From Polaromonas sp. (GTDB lineage Bacteria; Pseudomonadota; Gammaproteobacteria; Burkholderiales; Burkholderiaceae_C), in the NCBI GenBank assembly GCA_043738155.1, contig JAYSZH010000032.1, positions 1 to 44,277 of the forward strand: DNA of 44,277 nt. The letters run 5' to 3'. How positions within the stretch are numbered: position 1 is the stretch's first letter; each line of letters begins with the position of its first letter. This document shows, one piece after another, positions 39,176 through 44,277 of this stretch. A program made the translations under genes and the position numbers. The notes below the pieces were generated by a model. The model searched no databases. It saw nothing but the letters and a program-made list of their open reading frames with translations, and had not been told where the DNA came from.

Positions 39176-40093
39176 TCATTTTCTACCCACGCAAGGCTCA
39201 AACCCGCCTGATCCGCCACCCAGGGCGTAACCGATACCAAAACCGCCCGCTTTGGTCGAGCCTGATACGCCACCGCCAACCTTGATGGACAAGCGCTCTG
39301 TGATGCGCGTTGCCAAGCCGATGGCAAAGCCGTTCTCGCTGCCCGATTTGGCAACCCCCGCGCCTACATAAACCAAGCCGCATTCGCCTGTCGTTGGCAG
39401 CGGCATAAAGGCCGTTGCCATGGCGATAGCTGTAAGTTGAGCTGCTTTGCGGTCAACATCGGCCAGCTGTGACAAGGTGGCTGAATTCGGCGCTGAATCA
39501 CCCTTGTCTCCTTTGTCGCCCTTGTCCCCCTTCAAACCATCAGCACCATTGGTTCCGTTTGCGCCAGTGCCACCATTGGCTCCGTTTGCGCCAGTGCCAC
39601 CGTTGGCTCCGTTCACCCCAGCCACACCCTGAATTCCTTGAGCACCAGTAGCTCCGTTCGTTCCATTGGTTCCGTTCGTTCCATTGGTTCCGTTCGTTCC
39701 GCTGGTTCCGTTCGTTCCGCTGGTTCCTGCTGCACCTTGAGCGCCAGTTGCTCCCGTCGCTCCAGTTGCTCCGGTTGCACCTCGCGGCCCTGTTGCACCT
39801 GCTGGACCCATCGGCCCTGTTGCACCTGTTGGTCCTGTTGGACCCATCGGCCCTGTTGCACCTGTTGGTCCTGCAGATCCTGCAGGTCCTGTGGCTCCTG
39901 TATCACCAGTATGCCCACGTGTCCCTGGAGTGCCCGGAGGGCCGTCATCATTGCCACTGGCTGAGGCTGCTGTTGCGTGCAGCACCCCCATCACCAGCAC
40001 GGCACTAGGTGCTAGATAAGCGCCTGACAGCATCAAAGACGCCAGTAATGCGCTGTGGATACGATTTGTCGGTTTCTGAATGCGATGTGTCAT
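39176..40093 (-). CDS. Secreted collagen-like (Gly-X-Y) repeat protein with a YadA-like C-terminal anchor candidate
   Basis: The start ATG (complement of 40091..40093) is preceded by AGGAG at 7-nt spacing. The signal peptide is [45 protein letters not shown]. About 50 uninterrupted GXY triplets run from [13 protein letters not shown] to [12 protein letters not shown]. The ~100-aa tail is [70 protein letters not shown]. Confidence 0.85.
   Translation of the reverse strand: MTHRIQKPTNRIHSALLASLMLSGAYLAPSAVLVMGVLHATAASASGNDDGPPGTPGTRGHTGDTGATGPAGSAGPTGATGPMGPTGPTGATGPMGPAGATGPRGATGATGATGATGAQGAAGTSGTNGTSGTNGTNGTNGTNGTNGATGAQGIQGVAGVNGANGGTGANGANGGTGANGTNGADGLKGDKGDKGDKGDSAPNSATLSQLADVDRKAAQLTAIAMATAFMPLPTTGECGLVYVGAGVAKSGSENGFAIGLATRITERLSIKVGGGVSGSTKAGGFGIGYALGGGSGGFEPCVGRK
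39494..39943 (-). repeat. In-frame 9-, 18- and 27-bp tandem repeat tracts encoding the Gly-X-Y region
   Basis: Examples are GGTTCCGTTCGTTCCATT / GGTTCCGTTCGTTCCGCT units (about 39655..39725), a duplicated 27-mer CCCATCGGCCCTGTTGCACCTGTTGGT (about 39800..39875), a 27-mer duplication around 39565..39620, and (GDK)x3 at 39497..39530. Confidence 0.85.
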
Positions 40094-40516
40094 TGCAGCT
40101 CTCCTCGGAGGTATTGAATTTGTAACATTTCTAGCTTCAAAACCGCAGAAAAAGAAGATTTGTGTACTTTTTAAGTCACATACTTCCAAAATTAATGCTG
40201 TTTGTACTTATTTTGTTGACATTTGTCACAATGAGCAATACCCATTTTTTTGAGCATTAAAAGTGTCAAATCCACCCAAAATTAGCTACAGAAAAGATAG
40301 CGAAACGGGTTTTCTCACATTGGTGAATGTGTAGCTTTGTAAGTATTTAAGTAATTTTTAAGAGATGATTGTTAGGCGGTCACCCTATATGTTTCAATTT
40401 GTATTAAATGAAACAAAAAGAAACTGAACGTTCAAAATCTGAATCCGAAACAAATGCCGCCAGGCTTCATAAAAGTACTGACACTTTGAGATCAACAAAT
40501 GATGAAAAACGATAAA

Positions 40517-40565
40517 AGCTATCAATAATATAGCAATATCTATAATGAATACTTTGGCTAGAGAT
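40517..40565 (+). repeat. Degenerate dispersed repeat copy 8
   Basis: AGCTATCAATAATATAGCAATATCTATAATGAATACTTTGGCTAGAG. The core-like AATGAATACTTTGGCTA at 40544..40560 has 4 mismatches out of 17. It sits just beyond the stop of the 40595 gene. Confidence 0.5.
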
Positions 40566-40594
40566 GACCTGACTCATCAATTCGGCATTTGCGA

Positions 40595-41020
40595 TCACTT
40601 AGGTGATGAAGCGCCTTCCGCAGCTCGCTCAGCATAGGTATTGAAACGCCAAGAGGTACTCTCCAGCGTGATGCGGTGCCAGGTGTCTCGCTTTTCTATG
40701 GGCGACATGCCTGGCCAGTGTTGCACTTCTTCAAAGGTGCGGCCACAACCTTTGCACATTTCGTCTCCTTGGCTGGTGGAGCAAATAGCAATGCAGGGTG
40801 TGTCTGGCGTGGTCTCATACCAAGCCAACCAAGCAGACATCGCTTTGGGTGGGAAACCCTCTGCTGCTGCGGTATCCTGGCGATAAAACACCATCAAGGC
40901 ATAGACCGTTGCCAGCGCCCGCAATTCGGGGCACAGCGTCACGCCATCGGGTGACGGGCTTCTGCTGCGCCAGTAGTTGATGGCGGCTTCTATGTCGGTG
41001 ATGTGCAGGACGGCTTTCAC
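40595..41020 (-). CDS. DUF3717-like N-terminal region fused to a DUF1289-type Cys motif domain
   Basis: 141-aa ORF. The N-terminus ITDIEAAINYWRSRSPSP...LCPELRALATVYALM resembles DUF3717. The centre PCIAICSTSQGDEMCKGCGRTFEEVQHW matches the DUF1289 C..C-x-C..C pattern. Confidence 0.65.
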   Translation of the reverse strand: MKAVLHITDIEAAINYWRSRSPSPDGVTLCPELRALATVYALMVFYRQDTAAAEGFPPKAMSAWLAWYETTPDTPCIAICSTSQGDEMCKGCGRTFEEVQHWPGMSPIEKRDTWHRITLESTSWRFNTYAERAAEGASSPK

Positions 41021-41142
41021 GGTTGAAACTCAAGAAAATGATGAAATTATATGTATAAATATTCAGTATACGTCATGATACCGCAAATTTTCAAAGCGTT
41101 CAATTGCCCTGAAAAGTAGTTTAAATCAAGTAACATAGCTCT

Positions 41143-41496
41143 ATGAAACTTCTACTCAGATGGCTACTTCTAGCCGTCGCTCTTCTTTTTGTGGCTTATG
41201 TGTACGACGGCGTGTCGGTGCAAAGCTTCCAGTCTGCACTGCTTGCCGCATTTGTGATTGGCTTGCTCAACACCTTTGTGAAGCCAATTTTGGTGATTTT
41301 GACGCTGCCCGTCACTGTCATCACCGTTGGTTTGTTCCTCTTCGTCATCAACGCCTTGATGTTTTGGGGCGCTGCGTACCTGTTGGATGGTTTCAACGTG
41401 ACTGGTTTTACCGCCGCGCTGGTGGGTTCGTTGATTTATTCGATATTTAGTTATTTGATCAACACAGCTGTGGACAGCTTGTTTTCCAAAAAATAG
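41143..41496 (+). CDS. Phage-holin-family-IV/DUF360 type small membrane protein
   Basis: 117-aa ORF with 3-4 hydrophobic helices. NTFVKPILVILTLPVTVITVGLFLFVINALMF is typical of this family. Confidence 0.75.
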   Translation: MKLLLRWLLLAVALLFVAYVYDGVSVQSFQSALLAAFVIGLLNTFVKPILVILTLPVTVITVGLFLFVINALMFWGAAYLLDGFNVTGFTAALVGSLIYSIFSYLINTAVDSLFSKK

Positions 41497-41566
41497 CAAT
41501 GAACCAATGCATTTATAATAGCAATAGCAAACTAATCAATAAATACGCCGGCTAGAGCCTTATTTA
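41492..41566 (+). repeat. Dispersed repeat copy 6 (left arm rearranged), spanning both convergent stop codons
   Basis: 41510..41565 reads CATTTATAATAGCAATAGCAAACTAATCAATAAATACGCCGGCTAGAGCCTTATTT. The core is exact at 41538..41554. The holin-like TAG (41494..41496) lies in an AAATAGCAAT motif, and the peptidase TAA is the complement of 41560..41562. Confidence 0.8.
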
Positions 41567-43167
41567 GCAGCATCTTTTTCGTCTTTTATCTGCTGCCGCA
41601 GCAGCTCTTGCACCTGGCGGGTGCGCACATCGATGATGGACTCTTCCACATAGTCGCGCCCCGCTGAAGCTCCCCAGCTCCTGACCACATCTTGCGCAGC
41701 TTTAAAGCGGTCTATGGCGGCGGCGTAATCCAACAAAGCCACCTGCGCTTCAGCTTCAGCCCGTACGGCGCGTAAGTTTTGGCCAGTGGCTCGGTAAGCA
41801 TTACCTAAAAGCTGCCAAGCGGGTGCGTCAGTTGGGTTTTTAGCGACCCAGGTCTGCAGGTTTTGCGTGGCTTGGCTGGCTAATTTGGCATCTTTTGCGG
41901 AAATTTGCACCTGTGACTGGGCGAACAACTCAGGCCGACTCAAACGCTGGCCTGTCGTTTGGATGGGCAGCAGCGTGAGGGCGGCTTCTGGATTGTTAGC
42001 AGCCAAATAGAGCTCAATTTCTATTAATTTTGCAGCTTTAGAAACAATGGAATCGCTGGCTATAGAACTATTTAGCCTGTCCTTTTGAACAGTTGCACGA
42101 GCAAAATCACGCAGCTTGATATTCGACAAAATAGCGGCGTACAAACTGGCGACTTGGTGCGCTTTGCTCAAGTTCAGAAACCCAGCCGCTTGCGGCTCTG
42201 CCGCCCACTGGCGCAGAACATCGATGCCTGGATCGGCCAACACACGGGCGCGGGCGGACATCATGGCGTGTTGCAGACTAGGCTCGGTTTGCGGGGCAAA
42301 TTTGGCCATATGCTGCTGAATCAGCAAGCGCTGCTGCATGTCACCCATGCGTTCCGTCGTCATGGGGTGGCTGCGCAGGTAGGGGAAGTTGCCGCTGTCG
42401 CTGAGGCGGGCTGATTGCTGCAGCTTCTCGAACATGCCCACAAAGCCCTGCGGCGCGAAACCGGCAGGCTGCATCAGCCCCAGCCCGAGGCGATCCGCCT
42501 CTCGCTCCATATCACGCGAAAAGTTGAGCTGGCCTTGGATAGCCACGGCTTGTGAGCCGGCAACGACGGCATTCAGCGCATCGGGGTTGTTACGCGCCGC
42601 CACTGCGCCCAAAATCATCGCCGCAATCATCACCGGCGTTTGCCGCCCCTGCTGGGTGATAGAGCGCGAAATGTGCCGCTGGGTGACGTGGGTGAGCTCG
42701 TGTGCTAACACAGACGCCAGCTCATCCTGATTCGCCACCAGTCCAATCAGCCCCAAATGCACGCCAAAATAACCGCCTGGCAGTGCAAACGCGTTGACCG
42801 TGCGATCCCGCGCCAGCATGACGCGCCAAGCGAAACGTTCGTCCATTTCAGGCGTCAATTCGCCTTTGGCTCGGGCGGCTTTTAAGAGCGATTGCCAAAT
42901 GCCATCCACATACTCGTTGAGCAGCGGGTCGTCCAAATAGTCGGGATCGCGATAGATTTGCTTGGCAATCGCGTCGCCCATACGCCGCTCAGCGCCTAGG
43001 GACAAGTCGCCGTCCTCGCCTACGCCCAAGAGTGGGGTCATGCCAGCGCGTTGGGCTGTGGCAGCCTGCCCTAGCGATAAACTCGGGCTAGCTAAACCTA
43101 AAAACAGCACGGTAGCAATAGCAAGGCTGTGTTTTTGAAAATAGGGTTGTTTGAATATTGATTTCAC
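41560..43167 (-). CDS. M48-family Zn metalloprotease with a TPR-like C-terminal domain (BepA/YfgC-like)
   Basis: It has the [10 protein letters not shown] (HExxH) motif, a signal-like N-terminus ([31 protein letters not shown]) and TPR-like helices in the C-terminal half. I chose the GTG start at 43167. The ORF-track TTG start at 43206 would overlap the moaC start. Confidence 0.8.
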   Translation of the reverse strand: MKSIFKQPYFQKHSLAIATVLFLGLASPSLSLGQAATAQRAGMTPLLGVGEDGDLSLGAERRMGDAIAKQIYRDPDYLDDPLLNEYVDGIWQSLLKAARAKGELTPEMDERFAWRVMLARDRTVNAFALPGGYFGVHLGLIGLVANQDELASVLAHELTHVTQRHISRSITQQGRQTPVMIAAMILGAVAARNNPDALNAVVAGSQAVAIQGQLNFSRDMEREADRLGLGLMQPAGFAPQGFVGMFEKLQQSARLSDSGNFPYLRSHPMTTERMGDMQQRLLIQQHMAKFAPQTEPSLQHAMMSARARVLADPGIDVLRQWAAEPQAAGFLNLSKAHQVASLYAAILSNIKLRDFARATVQKDRLNSSIASDSIVSKAAKLIEIELYLAANNPEAALTLLPIQTTGQRLSRPELFAQSQVQISAKDAKLASQATQNLQTWVAKNPTDAPAWQLLGNAYRATGQNLRAVRAEAEAQVALLDYAAAIDRFKAAQDVVRSWGASAGRDYVEESIIDVRTRQVQELLRQQIKDEKDAAK

Positions 43168-43185
43168 AGCCTTATGATAGCGTTC

Positions 43186-43746
43186 ATGAGTATTAATTCC
43201 CCACAAAACACGTCTGGTTTCAACCCCTCTGGCAACACGTCAGGATTAACCCATTTCGACGCCCAAGGCCAGGCCCACATGGTCGATGTAGCAGCCAAAG
43301 CCGCCACCCACCGCATCGCAGTCGCCCAAGGCCGTATCACCATGCTGCCCGCCACGTTCGCCCTGATTGAAGCTGGAACGACTAAAAAAGGCGATGTGCT
43401 GGGCATCGCGCGGATTGCCGGTATTCAAGGCGCGAAGAAAACCAGCGATTTGATCCCGCTGTGTCATCCTCTGGCGTTAACCAGAGTTGCTATTGATTTT
43501 ATAGCTGATGAGGCAATAAATACGCCGGCTAATGTCAAAAATGACACTCTAAGATCGATCATCTGTACCGCCACAGTAGAAACCGTCGGTCAAACCGGTG
43601 TAGAAATGGAAGCCCTGACCGCCGTGCAGGTCGCCCTGCTCACCATCTACGACATGTGCAAAGCCGTCGACCGTGGCATGACGATGACCGATGTGCGGGT
43701 GTTGGAGAAACATGGCGGCAAGTCGGGAAGTTATGTGAATCCGTAA
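43186..43746 (+). CDS. moaC: Cyclic pyranopterin monophosphate synthase accessory protein MoaC, carrying an in-frame repeat-derived insert
   Basis: [69 protein letters not shown] and GGKSG all parallel E. coli MoaC. The start is the ATG at 43186 or at 43174, in the same frame. Confidence 0.92.
   Translation: MSINSPQNTSGFNPSGNTSGLTHFDAQGQAHMVDVAAKAATHRIAVAQGRITMLPATFALIEAGTTKKGDVLGIARIAGIQGAKKTSDLIPLCHPLALTRVAIDFIADEAINTPANVKNDTLRSIICTATVETVGQTGVEMEALTAVQVALLTIYDMCKAVDRGMTMTDVRVLEKHGGKSGSYVNP
43486..43552 (+). repeat. Dispersed repeat copy 7, inside the moaC reading frame
   Basis: 43487..43542 reads TTGCTATTGATTTTATAGCTGATGAGGCAATAAATACGCCGGCTAATGTCAAAAAT. The core is exact at 43515..43531. 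It translates in frame as [20 protein letters not shown]. Confidence 0.88.
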
Positions 43747-43778
43747 CTGTACCCGGCCTGTTCTAGCTAATTCTGCGC

Positions 43779-44277
43779 TTACTTTCGAGCCAAAACCGCC
43801 TTCAAAGCCACCCCGGTGTGGGTTTTCAGCTTGACCACACCTTCGGGCGTCGTTGCCGCTACCACCTGACCGCCGGCTTTACCGCCGTCGGGGCCGAGGT
43901 CGATGACCCAATCGGCTTCGGCGATGACGTCCAGATCATGCTCGATCACCACCACGCTGTGGCCGCCATTGACCAGGCGGTGCAGCACATGGATGAGTTT
44001 TTCAACGTCGGCCATGTGCAAGCCCACCGTCGGCTCGTCCAGCACATACAGGGTGTGCGGGGGTTTTTGGCCACGGCGGGTGATGTCGTCGCGCACTTTG
44101 CTCAGTTCCGTCACCAGCTTGATGCGCTGCGCCTCGCCGCCGCTGAGGGTGGGTGACGGTTGGCCCAGCGTCAAATAACCCAGCCCTACGTCTTTGAGCA
44201 GCTGCAGCGGGTGGCTGATGTTGGGCATGGCGGCGAAGAAGTCCACCGCTTCGTCCACTTCCATCTGCAGTACGTCG
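43779..44277 (-). CDS. uvrA: Excinuclease ABC subunit A, C-terminal part; the gene continues beyond the window end
   Basis: The translation has [11 protein letters not shown] (ABC signature), [12 protein letters not shown] (Walker B) and [11 protein letters not shown]. The reading frame is open to the window edge. Confidence 0.9.
   Translation of the reverse strand, partial: DVLQMEVDEAVDFFAAMPNISHPLQLLKDVGLGYLTLGQPSPTLSGGEAQRIKLVTELSKVRDDITRRGQKPPHTLYVLDEPTVGLHMADVEKLIHVLHRLVNGGHSVVVIEHDLDVIAEADWVIDLGPDGGKAGGQVVAATTPEGVVKLKTHTGVALKAVLARK

Noticed and set aside
39447-40008. Several ORFs on both strands and in alternative frames across the collagen gene (for example 39638..39964 +, 39748..40008 +, 39613..39957 -)
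   Set aside because: They are artefacts of the 9-bp periodic GC-rich repeat, which stays open in several frames. Only the Gly-X-Y frame has a signal peptide, a Shine-Dalgarno sequence and a coherent C-terminal domain.
40408-40515. A 35-codon hydrophilic + strand ORF in the collagen-gene leader, as a real gene
   Set aside because: It has no Shine-Dalgarno sequence and a low-complexity Lys/Glu/Ser/Thr composition in an AT-rich region where such ORFs arise by chance. I kept it only as a note inside the leader finding.
41143-41496. The holin-family gene as evidence of a prophage or lysis cassette
   Set aside because: It is a single gene. No endolysin, spanin, capsid, tail or integrase genes lie nearby. 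DUF360/holin-IV family proteins are common stand-alone membrane proteins.

Overview
The window looks like a chromosomal, mostly housekeeping segment of a betaproteobacterium. The Burkholderiales-like assignment is inferred from gene content and order, not from any search. I support about 33 protein-coding genes:
- **Lipid and translation cluster:** yceD-rpmF-plsX-fabH-fabD, valS, and an rsmB-like methyltransferase.
- **Nucleotide and cofactor genes:** maf, purN, purB, moaC, and the 3' end of uvrA.
- **Envelope and regulation:** glnE divergent from a 1429-aa YhdP/AsmA-like protein, mltA, rfaE2, a GST, yaeQ, and a membrane desaturase.
- **Catabolism and signalling:** a fused indolepyruvate:ferredoxin oxidoreductase with a divergent Lrp/AsnC regulator, a tandem acyl-CoA dehydrogenase pair, and a Cache-HAMP nucleotide cyclase.

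I saw no rRNA, tRNA, CRISPR array, transposase, integrase or recognisable defence operon.

The strongest unexplained signal is a dispersed AT-rich repeat of about 56 bp with an invariant 17-nt core, AATAAATACGCCGGCTA.
- There are 7 clear copies and 1 degenerate copy, and 7 of the 8 are on the + strand.
- Most copies sit at gene 3' ends.
- One copy supplies the last codons and the stop codon of glnE.
- One copy lies in frame inside moaC. Its stop codons in that reading register are replaced by sense codons, which resembles the Rickettsia palindromic element situation.

Secondary points of interest:
- a secreted protein with about 50 uninterrupted Gly-X-Y triplets followed by a YadA-like C-terminal region
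- an orphan FeeM/LuxI-like N-acyl synthase candidate behind a 394-bp AT-rich leader
- an orphan ChvE-like sugar-binding protein
- an unannotated 47-codon membrane ORF that shares a TCATGA start with mltA

All functional calls rest on recognising motifs in the translations by eye. No database search was run.
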